Shown: positions 39,632 to 53,272 of the stretch, one piece after another | Layout: each line of letters opens with the position of its first letter | Numbering within the stretch: position 1 is the stretch's first letter | Source: Octopus bimaculoides | Taxonomy: Eukaryota | Reading direction: 5' to 3' | Assembly: GCF_001194135.2 (NCBI RefSeq) | Contig: NC_069003.1 | Coordinates: 370,061 to 434,060, forward strand | Length of the DNA: 64,000 nt | Notes under the pieces: generated by a model | Told to the model about the DNA's origin: nothing | What the model saw: only the letters and a program-made list of their open reading frames with translations | Databases searched by the model: none | Made by a program: the position numbers and the translations under genes

Positions 39632-40344
39632 TGTCTATGTACACACATGTACTTACACACACACACACACACACACACATATATGGTCTACTAGCAGAAT
39701 ACCTGGCAGTGCTCAGACTGTTAAGTAACTATAAATGGCTCGGAATTATTCTTAGTGGAGGCATAGTTGGTTTAGAAGAATCTCTAATGCATTCCCTTTG
39801 TAAAGTTATCTTTCAGGTAAGAGATTCATTTATTTTTCACTACTTTCACAGCAATTCAAATTCCAGTGCACTGTGCTACAGATAAGTGCTCAATATTTAT
39901 ATTATATTTTATAATTTGTGTTCATTACATATATCTTATTCAAACATATTAAATAAGATCCTATCTTATTTAATATAGGATTAATTTAACGCAAATAAAG
40001 TTTTATTTAATTTGAAGCTATAAATGAAGGCATTATGTCATCTTTTTACTCTTGAAATGATTTAATTCTAAAAATAATTTTTAAAATGTGTAGAAACTAG
40101 AGTTTAGAGTGGTTAACCAGCCACAGAAATGAAATCATTCTAAAAATATGTGAAACCAGTAACCCCAGAGGAGATTTGTAATTCTAAATATTAGAACTTC
40201 AAGACATGCACTAATAAAGAAATACTTGCAATGAGCTCCCGCTTATATGATATTAGATCAGTGGCCATCATAATCTTGGCAATTTTGAACATTGTCACAT
40301 AAGCGCCTCACATTATTCAGTGTTTTTTTTTTTTCCTGCTGGGA

Positions 40345-40790
40345 TGTAAATTGATTACGGAAGCTTTTCTAGCACTTGAGCAGGTTATAAACGACTGGTT
40401 ATTAGCAAAGAAGTACTCATCAGGATGCAGTGTAGCAATTGTCAAGCGTTTGCCTTTGGAATTCATTAAATAGCCAAGCTTAGTTAAAGTCTCTTACATG
40501 GAAAGGGCACATCAAATTAGCATGAGTGAAATTTAGGTGTAACTGCATCCTTTGCTTGGGTAGACCCAATGAGATTAGTTGTGTCAATGACTATTAGTGT
40601 TGTGCCCTTGCATATCAGCAGCTGATATAATGCTGTAGCATTACTGGGGATCATCTTTTTAACTGAAGTTTGTTCAGCAGGAGACCCTGAAGGATCCAAT
40701 GAATTTCAAAATTCTGCAGGACTGTTTACTATTTCTTTCTGATCTGCAATGGTGTCTTACTGATTTGGAGTCTTACTGATTATTTTTTCA
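40345..40790 (-). mobile_element. Decayed Helitron RepHel PIF1-family helicase C-terminal fragment
   Basis: DTIADQKEIVNSPAEF*NSLDPSGSP..ICKGTTLIV..FDVPFPCKR..NSKGKRLTIATLHPDEYFFANNQSFITCS aligns by eye to PIF1/Helitron EFLNSLxPSGxP..LCNGTRLIV..PFxFKR..NKSQGQTL..GL.L....FSHGQLYVACS. Confidence 0.75.
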
Positions 40791-41217
40791 AAAGTACCAA
40801 CAATAGCAACTACATGATACTGTAAGTAAGAAACTTATTTTTCTACACAGGCATTTGTGTGTCTTCAGTGAATCCTCCCATAAAACCTGAGAGACCTACA
40901 TGGGGTGGACCCCTGTTGTGAGTTCAGATGAACCTACCTCGCAGCAAGAAATGCAGATGAGGACAGCAACAGCAAACTCCCTCGTTTATGAAATGTCACA
41001 CGTCAGAGGTGGTTTCGTCTAGTGAAAATGGAGCAAAGCTAATGGTGGTGCCCCAGCGTGGCCAAAATTATCTACTACCTCTAATGAGCCACCAGGGTAT
41101 TTGAAAAGAACAATTTTCTGTGTCTCTAAAGTTTTTATGGATTCTGTGCACTTTTCACATATGAAAACTAGATATATAGATATATCTATATGTTTATATA
41201 TCTACATACACACATAC

Positions 41218-41259
<42 letters not shown>

Positions 41260-41267
41260 TGCTTGGT

Positions 41268-41409
41268 GCTTGGTGTTAGGAAGGGCATCCAGCTGTAAAA
41301 ACTTTGCTAAAAAAGACAGTGAAGCCTGGTGCAGTCTTCTGCCTAGCCAGATCCTGTCAAACTATCCAACCCATACCAGCATGGAAAACAGATGTATGAT
41401 GATGATGAT
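41268..41409 (+). mobile_element. RTE 3' end fragment
   Basis: ggtgttaggaagggcatccagctgtaaaa..ccaacccataccagcatggaaaacagatgtatgatgatg. Confidence 0.8.
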
Positions 41410-41889
41410 ATATAATTTGTACATAATATGTCATTATATATATTTGCTACTTATGTACATAGCATATTGTAATATATAACAGTCATGAGAAAACTAATAA
41501 CAAACACTGCCAACTTTGTACAAATAAATCCTACCACATTCTAACATTCATGGAGCAAATTCTAAACCCAAACTCTGAACTAGTATCTTCATGCAAGTAA
41601 AAAGTCTTAAAAACATTGAAACATTTCAAACCAGTAACCTTTTTCCAATGGCTAAACTTGTTGCTATCACACCAACTCCCCCCCCCCATCCATCTACACC
41701 CATAAACCATCCCCATAATATGATGTTAAACAAACACACTTCTAGCTTTACACTTTTCCACAAAACAAGTACTCTAGAAATTACCTAAAAGTGTCCCTAT
41801 CTCTGATTAAAATCCCCACAAAAGACTTTCTAATGTAAGTACTCAAACCTACATATGCACACATTATATATACATACATACATACATAC

Positions 41890-41926
<37 letters not shown>

Positions 41927-42408
41927 TGTGTCTTCTATTACAACTCAATATGCAAATCCTTTTTGAGTGACAAGAACAGAAAGAGGCCTGTTATATATGC
42001 TTATGCCTTGGTGCCTGTATGAGTGTCTGTGTCTGTGTGTTTGCATGAATGATTTCTTCTACCACTTGATCACCAGTTGCAAATGAATGGCATTGCTAAC
42101 AGTGTCATTTGCTTGCAGTTCATTATAAAAGCGTATCTGATTTCCTTGACATGCTTTGACATGTTGCACAATTTTTATAAACAAACAGTTCATTTCGGTG
42201 TCATCTCTTTCCAATTATCTACCACAGCATGTCCAAGTTGTTTGTCATTCAACAAACTAGATTATTATCTCACTTGGATACTACTGGGAGTTGATGCCAT
42301 TAAGGGATATGGCCATAGAAACTCTGCCCCTATCTGAGCCATTGTAAGAATGCAAAAGTAGATGTTAAAATGATAATGATGATAGCTCTCTCTCTCTCTT
42401 TCTCTTGC

Positions 42409-42456
<48 letters not shown>

Positions 42457-42553
42457 AAAAATATATGAACGTGTAATCCTTATTATCATCATTTAACACC
42501 CTGCTTCTATGCTGAATGAGTTGAATTATTTAATCGGATCCAATGGGTCCTCA

Positions 42554-42605
42554 GTCAAATCGTCCAACCCATGCTAGCATGGAAAGCAGACGTTAAATGA
42601 TGATG
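42554..42605 (+). mobile_element. Terminal about 50 bp of RTE element
   Basis: gtcaaatcgtccaacccatgctagcatggaaagcagacgttaaatgatgatg before an N-gap; a similar stub lies at 25918-25970. Confidence 0.75.
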
Positions 42606-43066
42606 NNNNNNNNNNNNNNNNNNNNNNNNNNNNNNNNNNNNNNNNNNNNNNNNNNNNNNNNNNNNNNNNNNNNNNNNNNNNNNNNNNNNNNNNNNNNNNN
42701 NNNNNNNNNNNNNNNNNNNNNNNNNNNNNNNNNNNNNNNNNNNNNNNNNNNNNNNNNNNNNNNNNNNNNNNNNNNNNNNNNNNNNNNNNNNNNNNNNNNN
42801 NNNNNNNNNNNNNNNNNNNNNNNNNNNNNNNNNNNNNNNNNNNNNNNNNNNNNNNNNNNNNNNNNNNNNNNNNNNNNNNNNNNNNNNNNNNNNNNNNNNN
42901 NNNNNNNNNNNNNNNNNNNAATTATTTGTTGGAGAAGTGATGAATGATGTAGAATTGGAAGATATCATTTGACTGAATGTAGGATGCACGCACGTGTGTG
43001 TGCATGTGTGCGTGTGTTTGCATGTATACATACATACATACATACATATATATATACATGTATATA

Positions 43067-43136
<70 letters not shown>

Positions 43137-44191
43137 CATACATACATACATACAGAAGCTGAGAAGTTTAGGTCAAGGTAACCCAAACTAATATATATAG
43201 TATTCTGTAACTGTTCTTCAAGAAGCATGCATGCAGATAAATAAATGCACACTCAAAAAAACGATCAGATTGGATATGATGTGAGAAATTATACAAAGAT
43301 TATTTATCACTTTTCTCAAACCTTTATCAAAGAACCATCCTCACCACCAGCATGTACAGTAACTGAATTCCCCAACCAGCCATGTTTATCATTTTCAAAA
43401 ATAACACCATTGCTGCATTCACCATTACTATTGTTACAAATACACTGAAATAGTCATTCCCCTCTTGCACTGTCATCAGAAAACTTATTCATAATCACCT
43501 GCTGAATATCACCATCAATTATTCTCACATGTTATTTGTGAACTATAAGAAAAAGATCACCATCATCATCATCACCATCATCATCCTCACAGCCACCTTC
43601 AACATTTTCATCCGAGACACTACCAAAACTATCACCATGATTATCACCCCCTCATCCCCTGTAACAACACTATAGGAAACATTATTATCAACAATGTTAT
43701 CATCACTTCCATACCAACAACAATCTCCACTTCACACTCTGTAGCACTGCTATTAACAATATTATCACCACCATAGCAACACTGCTATTAACATTATGAC
43801 AACTACCACAGTTCTAAAAAATCACCACCACTAATACACAAACAGAAGTATTAATATTATCACCACTACTACGTCACCAACAACATCTACCACAGAGCAA
43901 TAATGCTTTTAACAACACTATCACTCCTACACATCATCGACAATACCCACCACCCACTTTAACAACACTGCTACTCACAACATTTTCACCACTACCACAT
44001 CAACAATCACTGCCATAGAAACACTAAGCAATTCTACTATTAACACTATTACAACTACCATAACAACATCACCACTACCCCAACTACAACAACATACAGC
44101 CACACCTTGGCAAACCATTCACTTTCAATTTGAGGTTTCCATGACAGGCTATTATCCTTGCAAAACTGATTCTTTATAGAAAAGAGATGAT

Positions 44192-44240
<49 letters not shown>

Positions 44241-45092
44241 ACAGACACGTACAAATCTTCCCCATAAACATGCACATCAAAAACATCGACATGCATACTG
44301 AAGATGCATTCATAACACATTATAAAAAAGAACTTGCCACACACATACATGCATAAACACACGCATATATACATGAATGTACAAATACACTTGTACATAC
44401 CAAATAATATTCAAGTACAAACAGCCTCAAGACACACACACACACACACGCACGCATGCACATACACAACCATAGTGCACAACACACCCACATGACCACC
44501 GCTATCTCATTCTGTCTCTTTGCTGTGGTAGATAGCCGTGTCATGTTTGCACAGCTCAGTGGAGTGCATCCAATATCAAATCAATAATGGACACTGCCTC
44601 TGGTGGTGGCGGCGGCGGTGGTGGTGGTGGTGGAGTTAGGAATGTCATATTTCTGCAATGAGTAAGTGTGAATTGGTGCTGCACTGAAACAACAACTACA
44701 GCAGCAGATAATATAACAGCAACAACCAGCAGCACTATTACAACCACAGCAACAACTACACCATTGACTAATAAAAAGAGTAACTACAGCAGTAACTACA
44801 ATCACCACAATGGCTACAACGGTTATACCACCCACAATATGCTTGCACAAACAAAATATAGTGATAGATGTGTATGTCAAATATATGCACCTTGGCACAC
44901 CTAAATACATGCAAAATGCACGCAGATATGCACTCACACACATACACACACAATTATATATATATATATATATATATACATACAGATTTGAGTATGAGAA
45001 AAAATTCCACACAGTGACAGGAATACTTGTATGTACAAACACAGCCAAATTGGTGTGCCAAAAGTATACACACACACACACATACAAAAAGT

Positions 45093-45250
45093 TGAACCCT
45101 TTAACATTTAGACTGGTTATATCTAATGCAAATATTCTACCTGTTTTATGTTCAAACTAGCCATATCTGACTTCTCACACCTATTTTACAATGTCATTCT
45201 AAAAATAAACAATGCCATCTGAACAACAGGAGACTCTCCAATCTCTCAGT
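45093..45250. mobile_element. Left part of a TTAA-type MITE
   Basis: gaaccctttaacatttagactggttatatc..attctacctgttttatgttcaaactagccatatctgac (TIR-like start, internal partial repeat). Confidence 0.45.
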
Positions 45251-46398
45251 GGAGAGAGAAATCTTTAACAAGGTACTAGCAAAGGGAGGCTTTAACGATA
45301 CATTGGTGTATGTGGAGGATGATGTTGACTCATCTCCAAACATGAAAAGAGTTAGAAAAAGCTGTTTCCTCAAATATATATACATACATACAGACACTCA
45401 CACATTCACATATATGTCTGCATATACATATCTACACATATATAAGTACATATCTATATATATATAAATGCACATACATATATATACATATGCATTTGTA
45501 TATGTGTATATGTGTGTGTGTGTGTGTGTGTAAGTGTGCATGTGTGTAAATACACACACATATGTATATATAAAAATATAATTTACATTCAAGTGAATTA
45601 GATACCTAAATTGAGGCACTTTGTTAGAACCAAATTATTTGCACACTCAGACAATATTCTTTCACTCGATATTCATTGGGCAGTTAGTCTGAAGTAACAT
45701 GTATAATGCTACCTTTATACATGTTACTTTATATATTCTAGTTTGTAACTGTGATTCACTTAGTCATATATTTGATTTTATAAGACAAGCTTCAACAATA
45801 GGAAATTTAGATATGATGGAGACTCTGACAGAACGAGAGATCTGTATCAATCGGTTCAGCTTTTGCAGCTGTGCCATCCATCTGTGTCACTCGTGTAGTT
45901 CACCTTTTGCCCAAATTAAGGTAATGCAATTAGGAAGTGAAAACGTCGGTGGCTCTGTACAGACTTTCCTCATTTTAAACAAATTGTTGGCAACAATAAT
46001 GGTCTTTTTTGTTTCTTTTTGTTTCTGAGCACTTGTATGTCATTATCAATGGGAAAAGTCATTGTCATCAAATCTGCATTTATTGTGAAATAATATTAGT
46101 GTTAAATTAACTTTGTCTACTTTGATATCACTTAGAATGGAGTGACAAATTTTAAAATAAATTTTTATTAAATATTTAATTTTCGTTTTTCCATGATGGA
46201 TGTTAAACGAGGATGATAATTCTGTTTAATACATTTTGTAATAAAATCTCGTGAAATTATAAGTAGCAAAATAGTATTAGTAACAATGGTATGAAATGGT
46301 AAATATTTCATTGACTGAATGAATCCTTTTGTGTTTAAAACTTGTGCCCTATTTTCACTTAAAAAACTGAACTGACATTTTAGTCAACTCAATATATA

Positions 46399-46424
<26 letters not shown>

Positions 46425-46431
<7 letters not shown>

Positions 46432-46565
46432 TTCTGTTTTCTCTCTATGTTTATTTCTGTGTTCCTTTCTGTCAAAGAGCGTAGGCTCGAAACGTAAAAG
46501 ACTTTCTCACTTCCCAAGCATTAAACTAATAGACCTGTCTTCGTTTTTTGTTTTTCTGCGAATTC

Positions 46566-46570
<5 letters not shown>
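46425..46570 (+). mobile_element. TA-embedded repeat with hammerhead-like motif, best-preserved copy (partial duplicate at 46644-46708)
   Basis: CTTT CTGTCAA A GAGC-GTAG-GCTC GAAAC GTA AAAG at 46465-46500. Confidence 0.6.
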
Positions 46571-46644
<74 letters not shown>

Positions 46645-46708
46645 TCCCAAGCATCAAACTAATACACCTGCTTGTTGTTATCTGTCTTTGTCTTTTGCAA
46701 ATTTGAAC

Positions 46709-46740
<32 letters not shown>

Positions 46741-47644
46741 TGCATACATATGCTTTTATATATACATGTGTGTGTGTGTGTGTGTGTATGCAATTATATA
46801 TATACATATATTTATGCCTATATATACATGTATAAATGTGTTTATATATATATTCATTCTTTTGTTCATTCACCTGACAATCTGACAATACTATTATTAT
46901 TATTATTATTAGTCATATTGTTTCAATCTCTCCATAGGCAATCTTTCTTATTTTTCACTTTCTTTTTCCTAGCAACATTTAGCTTTTATCCCCTCCCACC
47001 CACTCAGACGAACCCCCTTCCCCTTCCACTTCAATGAAATGATTAGTTTTTTCTCTTTCTTTCTTTCATGATTTGTTGGCTTGTTTAATTTTCTCCCTCA
47101 AGACTGTCTTCTGTTCATCCTCATGAGATGTGTGGCCTGTTTCTTTGTGATGTACCCACCCTTAATCACCCCCACCCCCACCAACTATACCTGAAGTCTC
47201 TCTCTCCTTCATTTCTTGTCCTCAGTTAGTAGTGAGCTTACCCCCATCCCCTATGGTGCTGTTCAGATCTTCACCCCATATATGGGTACAACTACCCAGA
47301 CACTATGTCCCTTGTCAGTGACAGTCATAGCAAAGCATTAAGGTGTTTGAGAGCCGATTCTATCTACTCATTTTACTTCACTTCTCTTTTCTGACTTAAT
47401 TTTTTGACAAAAATTAATTTGAACGGCAGCTGATATGGCATGTGCGACAAATGTTGGGTTAAGTAAATGAATGAATGATAGCAATTCTAATGAAATGGAA
47501 AATTAATCATGCTTGTTAGTTGACTATTTACAGGTCAAGTGTGGCATAACTTCTCTTATTCCTCATAGGTAAATTGTGAACAATGAAGAACCAAGTAACC
47601 CTACAACAGAAGTTAGGTCCCCTTCTTCTGTAGATTCCAAAACA

Positions 47645-48465
47645 TTGGGATAACAACTTTAAATGTAGGCACAATGAAAAGTAGGTCTAATGAGATTGAG
47701 ATTGCAGAGATGCTGGAGCAGAGACAGGATGGAAGGGATCTGCAACAAAACTCCTCGCGAGTAGGAGACAGCAGTTCAAACTCTTCAGAGTCAGTGGTAA
47801 TGGTAATGGAGAGGTTGGGTAGATTATAAGAAAATGTAAACTTCATGTACAGTAGGTGCACTGGAACCATTCCTATGCACACACTGGAAATTGAGTCTCT
47901 TAAATGCCCAGAGAGCACACTAGCAGTAGTTGATAGCTTTTATTACCTAGGAGATGTAATTTAGCAAGGGAGGTGGTTGTCCTGGAAGTATTGTAGCCGT
48001 GAGAACTGGTTGGAGAAAGTTCAAGGGGCTACTACCACTGCTAACAACAAAGATCTTTTGTCTAAGGGTGAAGGGCAGATTCTATGGCATTTATATTAGA
48101 ACTGCTATGCTGCATGGTAATAAGACATGGGCCTTGAATGCAGAGGATATGAGGAGACTGGAAAAAAGGAAGTGAGCATGCCTTGTTGGGAGTGCAATGT
48201 TTGCATGAAAGAATTGTAACAAAAATGCTGAGTGAAAAACTGGGCATTGGAATCAGTTATTGCGTGCAAGAGAGAAGACTGCGTGGGTATATATACACAT
48301 GATGAATATGGATAAAGACAGTTGTATGAAGAAGCACTGATTGTTAAGTATGGCCAGAACTTGCAGAAGAGGGTGACCCCAAGAAGACATGGGAGGATGT
48401 GGTTAAGGCTGACCTCAGGACCCTGAGCTTGATAGGAGATGACAAAAACTGGGATCTCTGACAAT
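47645..48465 (+). mobile_element. Internally deleted RTE LINE (APE N-terminus joined to post-RT C-terminus)
   Basis: ITTLNVGTMKSRSNEI..EMLEQR and FKLFRVSGNGNGEVG (APE), then from about 47820 NFMYSRCTG..VVDSFYYLGDVI..RTGWRKF..KTWEDVVKADLR. Confidence 0.8.
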
Positions 48466-48761
48466 ATGAAAAAAAAAATTTTGTCTGACTTATGTAAGCA
48501 TGGAAAAGAGAAAGTAGATGATGATGATGATGATGTCACACACACAAACACATATATAGATATACAAGTCCACACAAAGACAGCTCCATACTTTGCATTG
48601 AAACAAAATGATTTTTTGCAATAAAACAAGTCTCTTTGACATTGACACAATAACTGTTGTGTGTATGTCACATGCTAAGCATCATATTGTGGCAATTTCA
48701 GACAGAATTGTTACAATACTGTCATTTTTTTCCCCTTTGTCTGATGAGACCAAATTCACTG

Positions 48762-48799
<38 letters not shown>

Positions 48800-49191
48800 A
48801 CATACACCACACATACACACACACACACATATATATATATATAATATATATGTGTGTGTGTGTGNNNNNNNNNNNNNNNNNNNNNNNNNNNNNNNNNNNN
48901 NNNNNNNNNNNNNNNNNNNNNNNNNNNNNNNNNNNNNNNNNNNNNNNNNNNNNNNNNNNNNNNNNNNNNNNNNNNNNNNNNNNNNNNNNNNNNNNNNNNN
49001 NNNNNNNNNATGTGTACCATTCTTGAAATTCTCAAGATGAATAACACAGTATGTGACAGGTCTGTATCTTTTTGAATTACAGCTACAATCCAACCAACAG
49101 TCTTCTATACAATTTTCATCTACAACATTCTACCCACAAAATAGAGGTTGACTTGAGGTTATACTACCTGTGTGTGTGTGTGTGTGTTTGC

Positions 49192-49232
<41 letters not shown>

Positions 49233-49504
49233 TTTGTGTGTGTAACTTTGTCTTTCCCTCATGTAATAGTTTTAAACAAACATGGCCATCATACAAACAA
49301 TGCAATTCATTTACAATCATCTTGGGAAATATCAAGAGACAAGTAAGAGTTCGCAATGGAAAGTGCATTTGGCTGTACAAAACCCACTTCAGCAGATTCC
49401 ATTTGTCCCAGGCAAAGTATTTGGAAAAGTGGATGTATGACGATGACGATGATGATGATGATATAATTTCTTTGGAATGATGAAACTTGAAGCAGATAAT
49501 AGTG

Positions 49505-49799
49505 ATTTTGAAAAGAAGGAGGCATGGCAGGGCTATTACAGAATGTGGAGAATGACTGGGAGAGGAGCTTCCTAGTGTGAACGCAATGGAGGGACAAAAC
49601 AGTCCAGTTCATAGCAGAATGAGAGAGAAAAGAATTAAGGTTTTGAGGATAGGAAAAGCTCCTGGTCCAACAGGAATTACCACTGATATGCTTAAAATAG
49701 CAGGCAAAGAAGGATAAGGCTTAATCATTTATAAATAGTTAATCAGGTTGTGCAGGAAAGTATCAGACCCAACGACTGGTGTAGCAGCATCACAATAAA

Positions 49800-49800
<1 letters not shown>
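49505..49800 (+). mobile_element. RTE LINE linker / pre-RT fragment
   Basis: KKEAWQGY..NVENDWE..RIGKAPGPTGITTDMLKIAG..VNQVVQE..PNDWCSS. Confidence 0.75.
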
Positions 49801-49836
<36 letters not shown>

Positions 49837-50522
49837 CACACAGACATACACATGTTTAGTCAATGTGACCATGTGTGACAAAGTTGGCTGTTAAGATTTC
49901 AGACCCAGCCCATCTTCCAGGCTCCCATAGTTACAGCCTACTCAGTTTCACTGATAAGTGTTGGCTGAAAATGAAGCTTTCCCATGATCTGGATGCTTCA
50001 GGATTGGCAAGTAAACTCCTTAATCACTCAGCCGTGCCTACTTTCAAATGAAGGCATCTGTGCTTATGTACCTTATATATATACATATCCATATATGCAT
50101 ATATCTAGCCTTTAGATAGGTACATTCATTTATATGGATATATCATACATGTAGATAAATATAGAGATGTGTGTGTGTATTTATGTGCATGCATGCGCGC
50201 GCGCACACACACTGACATTAATTAACCAATTTTTTCAACAGCAGTAAGTAGGATAAAGTAATATTGGATAGGATTATGTTAATAAGCTAATTACTCAGAT
50301 CCTTGGCAGAGGCTAATCTTATAATTAATATCTGGCTTACACTCAGTGATGACAGGTTTCTTCCCCCAGACACACACATACTCTCTCGCACATACATACA
50401 TACATGCAGAAAGAAATGGAGGAGATAAGATGGGATTAAGTGAATTAATGAAAAGGTTTATCTGATTTTTGAGACATTGTCAGCAAATATGAATATTTTT
50501 TTTCTCATGTTTTACTTTTAAA

Positions 50523-50572
<50 letters not shown>

Positions 50573-51236
50573 CATATACATTTTATATATGCCTGTATAT
50601 TTGCATATATTAAATACTTGTGTGTGTGTGTATTACATATATTCAAAATTTGAGCAGTAAATAATTGTTGGCATGTATGTGTGGGTGTGTGTATAATGTT
50701 CAGTACCAACACAAACACACATACACACTTAAACCAACAAACAATAAATACCAAGACCCCTAACTGATTTACAACTTTGAGAAAAAACATCACATGTCAC
50801 CTAGAAGGAGAAAATATCTAAATGATGCTCAAAGAAACACACACACACACACACACAACACACAAAGAATCTGGCATTTAACTGAAAGCATATGTGTGAA
50901 AACTGTACAATACGTGTGCATCCTGGGTACATTAGCATCAATGTTAAACACCTAGCTTCTATCCCTGACCCTAAACCTGCTTCAACATCTAACCCCAATC
51001 GTCTCACAAACCACTAGTATTTTCTATCCCCAACAATCATTCTATATTTATCTGTTCCCTAACTCTAAATGCAAAATCTAAATAGAGTTTCTCCTTTTTA
51101 TTTTAAGGGTTTTTGCTAAGTCTTCTTTATAGCTTTTGCTTATTTTTAGCGATTTTGGCCCCTGAGTATGCTTATCGGAGGATTTTGGTCTTAAATAGTA
51201 AGACACCCCAATTTTCACATATATATATATATATAT

Positions 51237-51565
51237 CATCATCATCATCGTTTAGCGTCCGCTTTCCATGCTAGCATGGCTTGGACGATTTGACTGAGGA
51301 CTGGTGAAACCAGATGGCTACACCAGGCTCCAATCTGATTTGGCAGAGTTTCTACAGCTGGATGCCTTTCCTTATGCCAACCACTCCGAGAGTGTAGTGG
51401 GTGCTTTTACGTGCCACCGGCACGAGGCCAGTCAGGCGGTACTCGCAACGGCCACGCTCAAAATGGTGTATCTTACGTGCCACCTACACAGGAGCCAGTC
51501 CAGCGGCACTGGCAACGATCTCGCTCAAATGTCTTTACACATGCCAGGCTTGCCCCAAAAGGTCT
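51237..51565 (-). mobile_element. Young 5'-truncated RTE 3' end
   Basis: Colinear with 5142-5877, CpG-rich, complete cgtccgctttccatgctagcatgg / catcatc tail. Confidence 0.85.
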
Positions 51566-51594
51566 TTGCAAGCCAAGTTTCGTGTCCAACGAAG

Positions 51595-51743
51595 GAGACA
51601 ATGGCCATGCTGGAGCACCGTCTTTAATCAAACAAATCGACCCCAAGACTTATTCTTTTTAAGGCTAGTACTTATTCTATCGCCCTCTTTTTGCCAAACC
51701 ACTAAGTTATGGGGACATAAATACACCAGCATCGGTTATCAAG
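51595..51743 (-). mobile_element. 3' part of CORE-type SINE
   Basis: ggccatgctggagcaccgtctttaatcaaacaaatcgacccc..ctaagttatggggacataaatacaccagcatcgg. Confidence 0.8.
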
Positions 51744-52230
51744 TAAGAGTCCCTTGTAGCGTGGGGAATTTATGTTTTGTAATGCCCTTAATATAATGTG
51801 TGTGTGTGTGTGTGTGCGTGTGTGGTGCAAAAAATATAGATAAGATGAAGACAAGCTAAAAAACAACAGCATATTAGATATACCCTCAGGAATTAGGAAA
51901 AATTAGAAGGAAGTGTCTCTCACACTTTGAACATATGCTTTTCTTATGAAAGAATAGACAAGGAAAAGTAAATGGTGAAACAGAAGAACACATGTGCGTC
52001 TATAAAACTGCTACAATATACTGAAGTGACTGGAAGTGATAAAGAGATCGCAAGAGAATTTTCCAACTCCAGTCAGAAGCAGAACAGTTGTAGTGTAGCC
52101 CCCATATCTTTCTATTTCTTTTAACTTTTTATAATCAGAAAAATCTGTGAAACCAGTTAAGCCTTTAAAAATAAACCATCTAAAAGATTCCCAGTGCATT
52201 TTCAACATATTTTTTCTACCCACACTCTCT

Positions 52231-52302
<72 letters not shown>

Positions 52303-52375
52303 TACATTGCTAGACCAAGTGATAAAAATTATAGAAAGGATCATAGCTCAATTAATTATAAAGTGAGTAAGCAGT

Positions 52376-53215
52376 GATGAGATGCAGTTTGGTTTTATGC
52401 CAAGAAGAATCCCTACCAATGCTATCTTACTGGTGAGGCAACTGCAAGAGAAGCACTTGGCCAAATATAAACCTCTTCAGATAGCTTTAGTTGACATGGA
52501 GAAAGCCTTTGACAAGGATTCCCCTTATCAGGTGAGCAATATGGAAGCTAAGGATAGATGGGTAATTGATGAAACCTGTAAAAACCATGTACGGGGACAC
52601 CATCAATCAGGTGAAAGTTGCTAATGAGTATAGCAAGCAATATAGTGTACAAGTAGGAATCCACCAGGTATGGAAGCAAAGATCAAAATTCTAAAAAGTA
52701 GGAAAACAGAGAAATCGCAGACCCCTTCAGGAAGATGGCCCTGCTCAGAATGTAGAAAAGATGTTGGTAGAAACTCCATACAGTATACCAAGTGTGAAGG
52801 CTATGGACACATTAAAGGTGTAGTGGTATCACTGGAAGATTAACAGAGAAAGTAGTCTTTACACGTGGCAGATGTGCAGGTATGTTAAACACCAGAATTG
52901 TACAGAAACTAGACCCCTCAAATGTCTTGTGGGGTCCTTAGAAGTAGAAGACAGTTTCTGCTACTTAGGTGACCAAATTAGCAGTGGTGGAGGTTGTTCC
53001 AAAAGCACAGTTTTTAGAATAAGAACAGGCTAGGCAAAAATCAGAGAGTTATTACCTCTGTTAGTAACAATGGGTCTTTCTCTCATAGTGACAGCCAGAT
53101 AGAAGCCATGCCAAAAGAGACATGGAGCTCAGGCAGATGTTCAGCTGACCAGCTCCTGTCAATGCATCCAACTCATGCTCACATGGAAAACAGATGTTAA
53201 ATGATGATGATGATG

Positions 53216-53216
<1 letters not shown>
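52376..53216 (+). mobile_element. RTE LINE RT fragment with internal deletions and 3' tail
   Basis: DEMQFGFMPRR..LVRQLQEKHLAK..VDMEKAFD..VGIHQ, jump over YADD to WK..CSECRKDVGRNSI..DSFCYLGDQISSGGG; tail gttaaatgatgatg at 53197-53216. Confidence 0.85.

Positions 53217-53272
<56 letters not shown>

Noticed and set aside
39785-39823. Plus-strand ttatctttcag|GTAAGA (junction 39816|39817), and the ORF 39631-39885 ending near it
   Set aside because: Opposite strand to the three strong sites, interrupted pyrimidine tract, no good donor 40-50 nt downstream, no recognisable protein and weak upstream acceptor. Kept in mind as a background-level hit that slightly weakens the strand argument.
40720-40821. 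Apparent 102-nt plus-strand coding exon with hydrophobic helix
   Set aside because: Overlaps the antisense strand of a decayed Helitron helicase, and no partner exons were found.
47545-47575. Plus-strand ttctcttattcctcatag|GTAAAT (47568|47569)
   Set aside because: Weaker donor, no matching cryptic donor at about 42 nt, opposite strand; plausible by chance in AT-rich DNA.
50752-50825. Minus-strand attttctccttctag|GTGACA (50801|50800) with GTATTT 49 nt downstream
   Set aside because: Good acceptor but poor regenerated donor, weak second donor and an upstream AG within about 20 nt; at most a degenerate candidate.
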